Below, one piece after another: positions 11,198 to 23,300 of a stretch of 64,000 bases of DNA (positions within the stretch are counted from its first letter, which is position 1; the number at the start of each line of letters is the position of its first letter). The translations under genes were made by a program, and so were the position numbers. The notes under the pieces are model-generated. The model was not told the origin of the DNA, made no database searches, and worked only from the letters and a program-made list of their open reading frames with translations. The DNA is from Amphiscolops sp. MND2022 (Eukaryota): contig OZ076409.1 of assembly GCA_964187785.1 (NCBI GenBank), forward strand, positions 3,784,001 through 3,848,000, given 5' to 3'.

Positions 11198-13609
11198 TTG
11201 GAAATACTTGAAGAAACGACTTACCACGATGGTAACCGATACCATGTGGGAATGTTGTGGACCGAAGCCGACAGTAGTTTGCCGAATAACTACTTTTCCG
11301 CGCTCGTGCAGCTAAAGTCGTTAGAACGTCGCCTCGACAAAGATCCTGAATTGAAACAACTTTACGCCAAAACAATTCACGACGACTTCAACAAAGGTTA
11401 CATTACCCAAGTTGACAAAAGCGACTGTTTCAAATTAGACCAACCCCGCGAGTGGTACCTGCCACACCATCCTGTAGTGCACCCGCACAAACCTGGCAAA
11501 GTTCGCAGAGTTTTGAATGGCGCACCAAGTTTCCAGGGCCAATCTTTGAACAACGCCTTGTTAACCGGACCGGACTTGCTACAAAGTTTGATACACATAC
11601 TGATCCGCTTTCGTCAACACAAGTACGCCGTCTCTGCCGATATCGAAGGTATGTTTCTTCAAGTTGGAGTCATACCAAAAGATCAACCTTCACTTCGTTT
11701 TCTGTGGCGGGAAGACCCAGCTGCAGAAATCGCTGTGTATCAGTACGTCCGGCACATCTTCGGGTCGAAGGACTCACCAACATGTGCGAACTACTCACTG
11801 AAGCGTACTGGTAGCGATAACCAAGACACTTTCCCTGAAGCAGCAAAAAGCGTTCATCGCAGTTTTTACATGGACGACTACTTGGAGTCAAGCCCTACTG
11901 TCGAAGAGGCCAGTAACAAAGCAAAGGACTTGGTCACACTGCTTGCAAAAGGTGGCTTCAATCTAACCAAGTTTGTCTCCAACATTACCCACCTTCCAGC
12001 CGAACTGCAACAAAGCGGTGAACTAACACCAACTGATGGGAAGGTGATTCCGAAACCAGACGAGTCCTCACATGTCTTGGGACTTAAATGGAATCATGCC
12101 GGTGACACCCTCGTTGTAAGTCGGGGAACGAGCCCTGCTACGAACAAGAAACTTACTCAACGAGTGGTACTGAGCGTAGTTTCAGCTGTCTACGATCCCA
12201 TTGGACTCGTTGCTCCGTTTAACGTCCAAGCAAGACTGTTGTTGAAAGACATCTGGAGATTAAGTGGTCAACAGTGGGATGACGATCTGCCTGACGAAAT
12301 CGTAACTAAGTTCAACGAATGGAGCAAGGAACTGCCAACTTTGAGCGAAATTCAAATCCCACGGAGCTATTTCGAAGAACGAGTTGAAACCTTGGAGCTT
12401 CATATGTTCGGTGACAGCTCTCAAGATGTCTTCAGCGCCGTCGCCTTTCTACGAGGAAAAGTTGCCACCACGACTGGTTATACAACAGAGTTAGCTTTCG
12501 TCTTTGGGAAAGCCAGAGTAGCACCCATGAAAGCCCTTACGATCCCGAAGCTTGAACTACAAGCCTCGTTGCTTGCTGCACGACTCCGAAAAGAAATTGA
12601 AAATGCGCTAACGATCGGAGTTGCTAACACTTTCATGTGGAGGGACAGCACGACGGTCCATCAGTGGCTCCATTCATTAGAGAAGCAACCGGTGTTTGTA
12701 ACCAACCGCGTTGCCGAAATCTTGGAACTAACAACAGTGGATGAATGGAACTATGTTAAATCAAGTGACAACCCCGCTGATGCAGGAACGCGTGGTCTTT
12801 CAGCCAACTCACTTCGTGACAGTCCTTGGCTCAAAGGTCCTTCATTCTTGCGAACACACGACTGGCCGTTCAAACCACCAAAAGAACTTGAGGTCAAATT
12901 GAAAGCGAAAAAGTCGGACACTCCCCTTTCGGAACAAGAAACTTCAGAATTTTTGACAGTTTTAAGTGCAACTGTGATCGGCATCGCGACAACTTTCGAG
13001 TGGCAGAAGTACAGCTCGTACGAGAAACTTCTGCGCGTTGTTGCTTACATTTTGCGCCTACTGCCAAAAAACGAAGGTTATCGATCCGACTCTGGTTTAG
13101 TAACTGACCCAAATGAAATACGAAATGCTGAATTGAGACTTTTCTATCTCATCCAACAAGAGTCATTTTCCGTCGAACTGAAGTGCTTGCTGAAACAATC
13201 CCCTGTCAGCAACTCTTCCAAACTTTCCCAATTCTCCCCTTTCATTGGGCCTCAGGGCCTAATGCGAGCAACCGGTCGGATCAAACAACTAACAGTTTCC
13301 ACCTTCGACGCAAAGCACCCAATTTTACTGGACAGCCGTCACCCCGCCGTACGCTTGTACTTAGAACAGCTCCACGAAACGCATTGCCATCAGGGTGTCG
13401 ACTACATGAGGGCGTTGGTGCAACAACAGTTCGCCATCGTCAAGCTTAGAACCGCCCTGAGGTCAATTGTCTCCAAATGTGTCACTTGCCGCAAACGTCG
13501 AGCGGAAACTCTCAACCCGATAATGTCCGACCTTCCTCGGGAAAGACTGGCATTTCAAGAGCGTCCATTTACGAACACAATATTGACTATTTTGGCCCGT
13601 TCTACGTAG
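11198..13609 (+). CDS. pol: BEL/Pao reverse transcriptase, RNase H and integrase zinc finger (separated from gag by a frameshift near 11155)
   Basis: WYLPHHPV, ADIEGMFLQV, YMDD, LHMFGDSS, IPKLELQA, NPADAGTRG, H..H..C..C. Confidence 0.9.
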   Translation: MEILEETTYHDGNRYHVGMLWTEADSSLPNNYFSALVQLKSLERRLDKDPELKQLYAKTIHDDFNKGYITQVDKSDCFKLDQPREWYLPHHPVVHPHKPGKVRRVLNGAPSFQGQSLNNALLTGPDLLQSLIHILIRFRQHKYAVSADIEGMFLQVGVIPKDQPSLRFLWREDPAAEIAVYQYVRHIFGSKDSPTCANYSLKRTGSDNQDTFPEAAKSVHRSFYMDDYLESSPTVEEASNKAKDLVTLLAKGGFNLTKFVSNITHLPAELQQSGELTPTDGKVIPKPDESSHVLGLKWNHAGDTLVVSRGTSPATNKKLTQRVVLSVVSAVYDPIGLVAPFNVQARLLLKDIWRLSGQQWDDDLPDEIVTKFNEWSKELPTLSEIQIPRSYFEERVETLELHMFGDSSQDVFSAVAFLRGKVATTTGYTTELAFVFGKARVAPMKALTIPKLELQASLLAARLRKEIENALTIGVANTFMWRDSTTVHQWLHSLEKQPVFVTNRVAEILELTTVDEWNYVKSSDNPADAGTRGLSANSLRDSPWLKGPSFLRTHDWPFKPPKELEVKLKAKKSDTPLSEQETSEFLTVLSATVIGIATTFEWQKYSSYEKLLRVVAYILRLLPKNEGYRSDSGLVTDPNEIRNAELRLFYLIQQESFSVELKCLLKQSPVSNSSKLSQFSPFIGPQGLMRATGRIKQLTVSTFDAKHPILLDSRHPAVRLYLEQLHETHCHQGVDYMRALVQQQFAIVKLRTALRSIVSKCVTCRKRRAETLNPIMSDLPRERLAFQERPFTNTILTILARST

Positions 13610-14475
13610 CTGTGAAAAGATCAACCGAAAAACGATGGGGATTCCTATTCACTTGCTTAACAACCAGAGCTGTCCATTTTGAAGTTGTCCCGTCAATGGA
13701 CACTAGTAGCTGTGTTATGGGAATCGAAAGATTTGCTGCCCGTCGGGGCGTCCCATCTGTTTTGTGGTCTGACAACGGAACCAATTTCATCGCCAGTGAA
13801 AAGGAGTTGCTACAAAACGTGTCAGCGTGGAATCAACAGATTCTGTCTGAAGCTTTGGTCAAAAAACGGACCCACTGGAAGTTCAATCCTCCCAGTGCTC
13901 CCCACCACGGAGGTGTCTGGGAACGAATTGTCAGGAGCTTCAAACACGTTTTTTACGCAATTCTTGGAAACCGTCGCCTAACCGACGAGATATTAACAAC
14001 TACCTTTTGTCTTGTAGAACAGAGTCTCAATTCCCGCCCACTGGTGCCCGTTAGCTCCGACGCTACGGATTTCGACGCCTTGACACCAAATCACTTCCTG
14101 TTGGGAACCGCGGGTTCCACAATGCCATCACACCAAAGAGCCGACTTAGACCACAGGAAACGCTACGCACGTGCGCAAGCGTACTCAGATGCTATTTGGG
14201 ACCGTTGGCTAAAAGATTACGCTCCGTCGCTTAACCGCCGTTCGAAGTGGTCAGCCCAACCAGATCGAGATCTCAAGATCGGGGACCTTGTCTGGATTGT
14301 GGAGCCTACGAGTCCACGAGGACATTACCCACTTGCACGTGTGGTCAAGCTGAACTACGGTACCGACGCTGTCGCTCGTTCTGCGGAACTGAAAACTGCA
14401 ACAGGAAACCTCGTTCGACCCGTTGTCAAACTCGCACCCGTTCTCCCGTCCCCCGATTCCCCCAATCTTACTTAA
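13477..14475 (+). CDS. BEL/Pao integrase core and C-terminal domain (after a frameshift near 13580)
   Basis: IDYFGPF, FTCLTTRAVH, SDNGTNF, GGVWERIV, LTPNHFLLG, DUF5641-type tail. Confidence 0.9.
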   Translation: MCHLPQTSSGNSQPDNVRPSSGKTGISRASIYEHNIDYFGPFYVAVKRSTEKRWGFLFTCLTTRAVHFEVVPSMDTSSCVMGIERFAARRGVPSVLWSDNGTNFIASEKELLQNVSAWNQQILSEALVKKRTHWKFNPPSAPHHGGVWERIVRSFKHVFYAILGNRRLTDEILTTTFCLVEQSLNSRPLVPVSSDATDFDALTPNHFLLGTAGSTMPSHQRADLDHRKRYARAQAYSDAIWDRWLKDYAPSLNRRSKWSAQPDRDLKIGDLVWIVEPTSPRGHYPLARVVKLNYGTDAVARSAELKTATGNLVRPVVKLAPVLPSPDSPNLT

Positions 14476-14634
14476 TTTGTAATAATTCTTCGTTTTTGTT
14501 TTCTCTTGTAATCATGCCAAAAATGAATAAAATGTAACATGTACATCAAAAACCCATGTAATCCGTTTTCAAAAAAAGTTTCCGTTTCAATTCAAATGTT
14601 TTTTTTGCATTCACATCTTCTTGGGCCCGGAGGA

Positions 14635-15039
14635 TGTTGTGTACACAATATGATTGGATTAAAACAAACTAATCTCAAGGCGCTATGGCGAAATAGGTTA
14701 GTGCGTTCGGTTCCTATTCCAAAGGTCCGGAGTTCGATTCCCGGAATCTGCGGAACCTTTGGTAAAAATACTAAAATACCGTTTTCGACTGAAATACTTT
14801 TTGAAATAATATATACGAAACTTTGACCTTGCTATCTCGAAACATTAATCAATGTTTGCTAATATTTGTAAACAATTTGTGCTCCTTTCTCAGTTGATCT
14901 AAATTATTACATTGCGTTACAGTATCATTAGTGGCCGGAGTATTAGAGAATATTGATTGTCATCGATCTAAAGATATTATTCCTTTCTTTCCTCTTTTTA
15001 CAAAACGATCTGTAGAATCTGGAGACTACAGTTATTTTA
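14635..15039 (+). repeat. 3' LTR of BEL/Pao element (tRNA-like segment at 14679-14744)
   Basis: Direct repeat of 5643-6047, preceded by a PPT-like tract. Confidence 0.9.
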
Positions 15040-15137
15040 AAATCACTTAGCTATCAACAATCTATTACAGAACAACAATTCAAGACTTTGTTATTAACTT
15101 GGTATACTCAGACAGTGTATTGAATATTTTGTTACGT

Positions 15138-15505
15138 CCCTGGTTGAAACGGCTTCAACGTTTTACAAGTTTATGTAACTTATCAAGCTTATTTTTGATA
15201 ATTTTATAAAAATTCTCAGGGAAACTTCCTTGCATTGAAATTTCGCTGATTCAATTTAATTTTATTAAGCTGCCTAAAGCACTAAGGGATGCACCCAAAA
15301 TTGGCCGAGCCACGAAGTTTTGCAGATTTCATGAAAGCATTTTGGACTTCATCAATTTCACCGCCATTTGAATGCTAGAAGCTTCACTCACATTATAAGT
15401 ATCTTTCAGTCACAAAGTAGCGTCCAATTCAGCGTGTAATTTGACTAAAAATGATTACATCACATGCTTTCTTGAGAAACGTAAGGGTGTAAACGAAGTC
15501 ATGGA
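15138..15505. mobile_element. Diverged partial relative of the CCC-terminated MITE at 32391-32938
   Basis: Begins ccctggttgaaacggcttcaac; internal similarity (ttcagtc...tagcgtc...cacatc...ttgagaaa) to 32650-32770. Confidence 0.4.
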
Positions 15506-17550
15506 GAAGGCGGAGCATTGCAAATCTTTTCTCTTTTTGTTATTTCTGCGATAGCATGAACAATGAGCGCATTCGTACTGAACGGATATCTCTCGCGGAT
15601 AAAAGTTGCATTAGTATTCGCGCTGTCTGTTTGGAACTTCTGGCACGAATTGTTGAAACCCCGCACGTCCGTAATGTACCGGTCGTCGACAATTCAATAG
15701 GAAGTTTCAGAAAAAGAAGTTTATTTTCAATGTTGGCAGTTTATTGGATGTTTATTTGAGCGCGCTCGGTTTCTATCAGCCTTCCACAAATATGAAAAAG
15801 CAACTTTCAGAAAGCAACCGTCAGGTTGTTCGAGTTGATCAAAAACGCGTCATCTTCTGCGTCATATGCGAATAGTTATCTTATATGGCGCGCGTTCGAT
15901 GCTCAACGTTGCTATATCGCGAACACTCTCAATATAAAAACCGGAAGGCGAAGTTTTTTCAGCAAAGTGTTTTCGTGATCCGGGTACCTTTTATAAAAAT
16001 TTCGATACTTTTTTCGGCAGTGAGTATTAGCGTGAGGTAAATTTTTCAAGATGCTGAGGAAAATTCAATTCTTGTGCGATGAAGCGAGCAATTGTTATTC
16101 ATGCATTAATATTCGTAAAATACGCCAGTTTTTCGACATGGATGAGTTATTTGATCTAAGAGTTTCTGAATTTCGTTCCGAGCATTGTGCAATCGGAATG
16201 CGTTCTCAATACTTGAAAACTTTGTTTACTGGAATAAAAAACCTAAAAATCAACTGGTTTTCTGATCCAATTTTCGAATTCATTTTACAAAAATTCAGTT
16301 TTCTGCATGAGGATAACTTTATCTTGATAATTTTCATTTTAATCGTATTAACGCATTTTAATCCGATAAAAAACCAATCTTGGCCCTGTATCGGAAATGT
16401 ATCTTATGAGACTTTGATTCGGTTTTGAAGAATTCTACAAATTTTGCGTTCGTACATGATCGTTTTGTGATGTAATTTTGAATCACCGTATTAATAAAAT
16501 CTTGGAATTTGAAAGTAAATGATTGATTGACTCGCAATTTTGTCACTTTATTCAGAAAAATATATTTCTTATACATGTACTTGCATAATCACCAGTTATC
16601 CAATTCATCAATTTCATTTTCAGCATTTATAATATTTTAGAAATTGGTAATTGACGCTTCCTGAAAGTAATGATGGCTCTTTTCGAACCCCCTCCCCCCA
16701 CCGTCAAGTTTTTTAAAAGAAAACTTCCAAAAAAATCAGATTTGACTAACTGAAAGTAAACATCAAGTGGAATAGTTTTTCCTTTGAACGAAAAACATTT
16801 TTCACACATTTACAGCTGAAATAAAACTGTTTCAAAGTAGGACGCGGTTGATTTTCTAATCAAAATTGAGTGATTTCATAGGGAAAATTAGTGTGAACAA
16901 AGTTTATGTCTGAATTCTAAACTGTCATCCTGAAAAAATAAATAAAATTCAAGGTTTCTTGTTGAGTTTCAAGACGTCTTTTTATTCTTATACTTTCAAT
17001 ATTTTTTTATTTTGTCAAAGAATAGAAAAGAACCCAAGTGATTTGAATGTGTGCAAACAAATCATCTTATACAATACAATCACACCCATTCATGATTATA
17101 AAAAACCACACCTAAGGGACGATTCTGAGCTATTATGTCTTGTAATCCATAATTTTGTCAAATTAATGACACGATATTCTCGACACAGTGAAATTGAAAA
17201 CTGATTCAATGTAATGGGAGAAGGCATTTTTTTCTCGTCAACACGAGTTTTTTGAAACTAAACTTGTACATGAATTATTCTGAAAAAAATTCCACAAGAA
17301 AGTAGAACACTCCGATTCACACTATTTTGATGACTTCACAGAAATTCATACAATTCTTTTACTTTTGATAAGTTTTTACCACTTTCAAATAATTCAACGC
17401 TTGTGGAGGTGATACCATGGAGATACGAAAAAGTTTGACCAAAAGATTAGCTGATGGTTCTGCAAACGGCTGAAATGATAAACAGTTGCTCCTCAATACT
17501 TTGTTTGAAATAATGGCCACATAAATCTTGAATGAATCACACATCTTCCT

Positions 17551-18025
17551 TAAGCTGGGACCGGGCCAAGTCGGCGCCATATCTAAGGCTCAAGAATAGC
17601 AAAAGGACTTCAAAATGTCCGAGTGTTGGTGAATTTAGAACCTTTTATGAAAAAAAATTTAAAACGTCTCGCAATGCCGAAAAAAACTGAAGGGGGGACC
17701 CTTTGGGGTTTTTCAACATCCATTCTGTTGCAAAACCCCCAAAAAATTGAAGAGGGATCCTTTGGTGGAAAATTTAAAGAAAAGTCGCACAGTGCCGAAA
17801 AAAATCTAAAAGGGGGACCCTTTGGTCTCGTCCGGTAATGTATGTTACGCGGGAAACCTTTTTGGTTCAGTCCCTTGGGCCAACAGGTACAATTTGGCGT
17901 CTTCTCAAAATTTTGTAGAACTTTTGGTAAAACTATTTTGGTCACTTCATGTGGTCTTAAAACAACACTGACGAAAAGCCATGACTATAGTCGACTCTTT
18001 TCTTAAGAAAAGCGCCGACTAAAAA
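17551..18025 (-). mobile_element. Helentron-type non-autonomous element
   Basis: Subterminal inverted repeats AGTCGGCGC / GCGCCGACT, T-rich 5' end, internal gggggacccttt repeats. Confidence 0.65.
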
Positions 18026-18152
18026 TGTAGGAAAAGATTTGCGTAGTTTTTATGTAGCAGTTTTTTTAGTCCATCACTTCGCTCAACAAGTTACGAAGTT
18101 TGGGTCTTGAGGCCTTATTGCCGGTCTTCTCTCCGGCTTCACATGTTCGTGG

Positions 18153-18612
18153 TTTTTTTATTCGGCGCCTTTTCCCTTAAGGAAAAAAGGTCGACTATTA
18201 CAGTGGGTAGTTTTTTTCCAGCTGACAATCTCACTCTGAATGGTCCACTTTTCTCACAATTCTTACAATCTTACAATTTTTACAATTCTTACTTAGCTTA
18301 CGAAGTAGTATTTTACATCATCTAAGAAACGCAACGGCGCCAAAGGGTACTCCCTTAAAGTATTTTCGGCTCTGTGAGACTTTTTTCGAACAAAAATTCA
18401 CCAAAGGGTCCCCTCTTCAATTTTTTGTTATTTTCCGACAGAATGGATGTTGAAAAATCCCAAAGGGTCCCTCCTTTCAGTTTTTTTGGCATTGAGACTT
18501 TTTTCAATTTTTTTTAAAAAAGGTCCCCAATTCACTAATACTTTGACATTTTGTCCTTTTGCTATTTTTGAGCCTTAGATATGGCGCCGACTTGGGCCGT
18601 TCTCGGCTTGTT
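18153..18612 (+). mobile_element. Helentron-type non-autonomous element
   Basis: 5' ttttattcggcgcc; 3' ggcgccgact followed by hairpin gccg-ttct-cggc and ttgtt. Confidence 0.65.
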
Positions 18613-19820
18613 AGCTCATATTTTTGCTGCAGTTACTTTTGAATGGCAATTATAACTCCAGACTTATAAAGTAGGGCGATGAAAGTTCCTAAAGGTTTAT
18701 GATTCCAGCTTGATAAAAGTAAGATCACAGAAATACATTTCGGTGGCCAGGCTCAAACGAGTTCATCCGTTTGGCCGAGAAACTTGGCTGTTTTGGGAAA
18801 TTAAGGGCTCGTGTCTTACAGTGTCAGTTTAACAAATCTTGGGCCAGAAGGGAAATGCTCTTTAGCAAAAGCTTTGGAATTTTTGTCTTCCCTAAATGTT
18901 CTCTTACATCGGAATTCGTAGCATCGGAAAAGGTATTTTAAAAGGCCAAGTCCCTCAAATCCTGTTTAAGCAGCTAATTAATTTTTTCTGAAACAATTCA
19001 TTTTTAGAAGTTCTATGGACTAAAAAACAAGGAAAATTGTTCAATTTCAATGTTGTCGGAATTTGTTCGTGTTTTGAATTTGTTTCAAGGAATTTTAAAA
19101 GCCGAATTTTGATTGTTTATTAAGAACGGGCCTCTTGACAGAAAACATTGGGGGATAAATGCATTACAAAATGAAAGTTTTAATTTCGATCAATAGTTCG
19201 ATCAATTAGTATGCAAAAAAATTACAAAACAATGCTAACAAAACATACCAGATGAGTGATTTTCAAAGTAATTGTCAAGATATGAAGACAACTTTTAAAA
19301 ATAAACGAAGTAACACTCAAAAGAGACTTTACTCAAAAATCAATGCTTATAAATTGCACTTTCGAACTTTTTTCAAATTCGAACACGCCACAGCGGCATT
19401 TTCGTTTTTCTTCTCTCTGCGTGTGATTTTGTATTAGATCGAATTGAACAATTGAACATTGATTTGAAGCATGAACTTAATCATGTTCGTTTTGTTTCAG
19501 CATCTTCGCTTCACTTGATTCGAAGTTTTTGTGTTCAACATCAAAGCTTGTCAAGTTCGCTTTTGAAAAGTAAAAACCTAATTACTGCTAGTTTCATTAT
19601 GTATTAAAGATGTCAATATTAGAGACGATCATTTTTGAAAGTTCCATTTTCAAATCGAAATAACTTTGAATTTCCGGAGATGAAGAAGAGTTCCTACACC
19701 CAACTTTAAGGCTTTTCCCATTTTTTTTCAAATTGTTTTTGAAAAAATTTTTGGATCTTTTTCAGTCCAACTTTGTTGGTTGATTATTGATATTTTTCAT
19801 TCATTCGGGGGTTTAAAAAT

Positions 19821-20183
19821 AACCAGCCGGGAACGGCCCAAGTCGGCGCCATATCTAAAGCTCAAAAATAGCAAAAGGACTTCAAAATGTCAAAGCATTG
19901 GTGAATTGGGGACACTTTTATGAAAATGAAATTGAAAAAAGTCTCACAATGACGAAAAAAACTGAAACTGAAGAAAACGCAACATTCGTTCTGTCGGAAA
20001 ATATCAAAAAATTGAAGAGGGGGAGCTTTTGGTGAAAAATTTTGTTTCTCGAAAAAAAGTCTCACAGAGCCGAAAATACTCTAAGATGATGCAAAAATAC
20101 TTCGCAAGCTTTTGAAAAAGTAAAAGTACTTCGGAAGCAAGAATTCAAGCAAGGCGCTTCGGAAGCAAGGCGCTGACTAAAAA
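19821..20183 (-). mobile_element. Helentron-type non-autonomous element
   Basis: aaccagccgggaacggcccaagtcggcgcc ... ggcgctgactaaaaa; same family ends. Confidence 0.65.
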
Positions 20184-20379
20184 CACTCAATGTAATTTCA
20201 ATGTGACTGCTTTTCGGATGCTTTAGTTCCGCCTTAAAAACGAAGTTATTTGCGTTCATTGCCACTATCCAGAAACTCCGTCTTCCGATCATTCATGAAC
20301 GCTGTCCTTAGCTGCTTTTTTGGAAAATATAGTTTATTCAGCTTTCTTTCCTGAAAAATGATAGTCTTTGGTGTTAACT

Positions 20380-23300
20380 TGTAGAGCAGCAACTCTGCTA
20401 GGGCTAAACACTGTTTACGTGCTACCTGCCACAAAGACAATGACCTTTATTGGAGCCATTTATTAATGTGTGCTAGTTTGAGTTCAGTTGAGCTATACGG
20501 CGAAACATGACATTTACGTTATTTAGTTGAACGTCGTTTTAATTGAGTCTTTCTTACAAATCTCTTCATTAGTCTATTACATGGGGCAGTCAGCAACCTA
20601 AAGAACATTCAGAAATGAATATCTCAGTCGACGATAACACGTCCGAACCATCGGGACAGAATCAATTCACGACGATGGAGAGAACGGAAAGAAACAAATA
20701 CAAAATCCCGATTTTATCGGATAGAGGACGGATTTGACAAAAATAAATACAGGAAAATGGTGGGAGCAAATTTCGGAAGACATTGCCCTTACTAATCACA
20801 AAAATTGAGATGAACTGATGGACCAAGAAGACAAAACACTGGACGAATACTGGAACAAATTGGTGGGCATCAGAAGAAAATGCGAATTCAGCCGGATCAC
20901 GCCCAAAGAAATAATCACATTTTAATTCGCTGCCACAAAAAATGACAAAAAAGCCCGAGACAAAAGGATCATTGGGCCCCTAGAACTACGAACTGTTCTC
21001 GAAACCACTGAATTGCACAACTACAACCGTATGTACAGATATAAGAAACAAAAAAGCCAGAAAACTGAGGAGAATCTCCTCTGACAGCTCATCCAACGGT
21101 GAAGAAATTGCTTTCACAGGGCCAGCAAGGAAATGAAAACCGTTCGACACCGACAAGAAGAAATCATCAACCAAAAAAAGCCAGTTTTGCCGCAAATCAA
21201 ATTGGACACCGGAACATTCGTGCCCGGCACGGCAAGCATAATGCAAGATCTGCAAAAAGACGAGACACTTTGCCAGAGTGTGCAATGCCAAACCGTGAAT
21301 CGGAGACGAGAAGAAAAAGAGACGGGCAGCAATACGGACTCATGGCCTGAAGTAGACTATATACAGTCCGTTAACGATGTCAACCGAAAAGATTTCTACA
21401 AAGCAATCCTATTGGTGGAAGGACAGCCAATAGAATTCACTATTGACACTGGCACCGCTATAACAAAAATTCCGCCAATATTAAATCCGGAAGAACTGCA
21501 GAAAACCACAAAATGTTTTGTACAGAGAAATAAAGTTCAGAGAAGAGGCAAGGGTGGAAGTTAAAACCGACAAAAAGTAGTATTTCTAATACTTATAACA
21601 GAAAACAAAAACATAGAGTCATTACTGGGAATGAACTGGCTAAACAAACCGGAGATCGGGCTTCAACGAAGCAAAAATACCAAAACTATTCGAAACATTA
21701 GCACTGATGAAAGATGGGAAAAAGTCTTCAACCAATATGAAGACCTGTTCAAAAATAACCATACGATAAAGGGCCTTAAGATTGACATTCAACTGAAAAA
21801 AGACACCAAGCCGTTCCAACAGGAAGAAAGGAAGGCCGGTACCCATCCATTTTCAGAACACGGTTCGGCGCGAATTAGAGAAGCTAATCGAAAGAGGACA
21901 CATTGAGAAAGCGGGCGAAACAACAGAAAACTGTTTCGTATCACCACCTGTTATTACCATGAAGAAAGATAAACTGGTTAAAAAAGCCCTAGATTCTAGA
22001 AAACTAAACGAATTTTGTGTTAAAAGAAAGGCAACAATGCCAAACATGGAAGAACTAAACAGTAAAAGAACGACGGAAAAATTTGGATGACGAAGATCAA
22101 TAAGGGTTTCTACGGATTGTCGAGCATACCCGTATCGACAAAGTACCGGAGTTCAAAACACCATTGTGGTTAGACGACACTATCTGTGTGACTAACGGTA
22201 CCGCAGAAGATCATGAGCGGGAACTACGGGAAATCTTGTCTAAATTAAGAAGGCTAGATACCGTGCAAGTGAAAAAAAGACAGAACTTTTCAAAAAGGAA
22301 CTGACGTGGCCTCTGCCAGCACATGAATCAGACTGGGGTAAAACCGATGAAAGACAAAACTGAAGCATTCACGAAATTAGAGACCCTAAAGAACATAAAA
22401 GAACTAAAATCCTTCCTGGGCTCAATCTAAAATTTATCCAAATTCCTAAATAATTTCTCCAAAATGACTGACAGAATGAGAAGATTACTCAAGAAGTGTA
22501 TTAGTTGGGAATTGACAAACAAAATGAACGAAGACTCCGAAAATCTGTAGAAAGAGATCACAGAAGCACTATGCCTGGCACACTTTGACCCAAAAAAGTA
22601 TATTTATGTAACCACGGACGTGCAATATTGGTCTGAAGGCCACACTATGGCAGTAGGAAGGTGAAGTATTCAGGCCGAAAGCTTTTGCCAGCAGGTTTGT
22701 TACAGATTGCGAAGAAAGTTACACCATAAATGAACTAAAACTACTAGGCGCGTTAACGGGGGATAGAAGACTTTAGATACTACGTTTACGGAACTGAAGA
22801 GCAAGAGTCAATTTTTAAAACGACCACCAAGCGTTACAACCGTTTCTAAAACGTAATAGGGCTCATTAACAGTACAGCACAAGACTGACGCGTTGGTTAG
22901 ACCGGTTAAGTAACTTTGACTTGAATGTGCAATACACCGCCCGTAAGAATTTTCAGCTGACGGAATATTTAGGCCGTCATACGGTTACGTACATCGGTGA
23001 GTCCGAAATACAAAACAAATTGAACGGACAAGAAGAGATTGAAGCCGAAAGAGAGATCAAGCTTCATCGAGCAAGCCGCGCCATCGCAAGAAACCAATAA
23101 CAACGTGGCATTCGTACACGAGACCAAAATCGAACCGACCACTCACTTGAAATTTTACGAAACAGCATCAACTCAATCGATTCAATAAAAAAACCGCTAT
23201 ATGTCAAAATGAACAAAGTAAATGGGAACGACATGAATTTCATATTCAAATCACGGGGCCATTTTCCTGAAACACGCAAGTTACGAATGAAACGGAACAA

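Larger units (their letters stand above)
5643..15039 (+). mobile_element. BEL/Pao LTR retrotransposon, near full length, frameshifted
   Basis: Two 405-bp LTRs (about 4 differences seen), PBS-like TGGTGGCCA at 6048, gag-pro-RT-RNaseH-IN in BEL order with BEL-type motifs, PPT-like GGGCCCGGAGGA before the 3' LTR. Confidence 0.95.

Noticed and set aside
11150..11200. Programmed gag-pol frameshift in the BEL element
   Set aside because: BEL elements usually have one ORF; this break and the one near 13580 fall mid-domain and look like small deletions or sequence errors
15556..16428. Host gene exons
   Set aside because: Short interrupted frames with no recognisable domain; cannot be supported from the sequence alone
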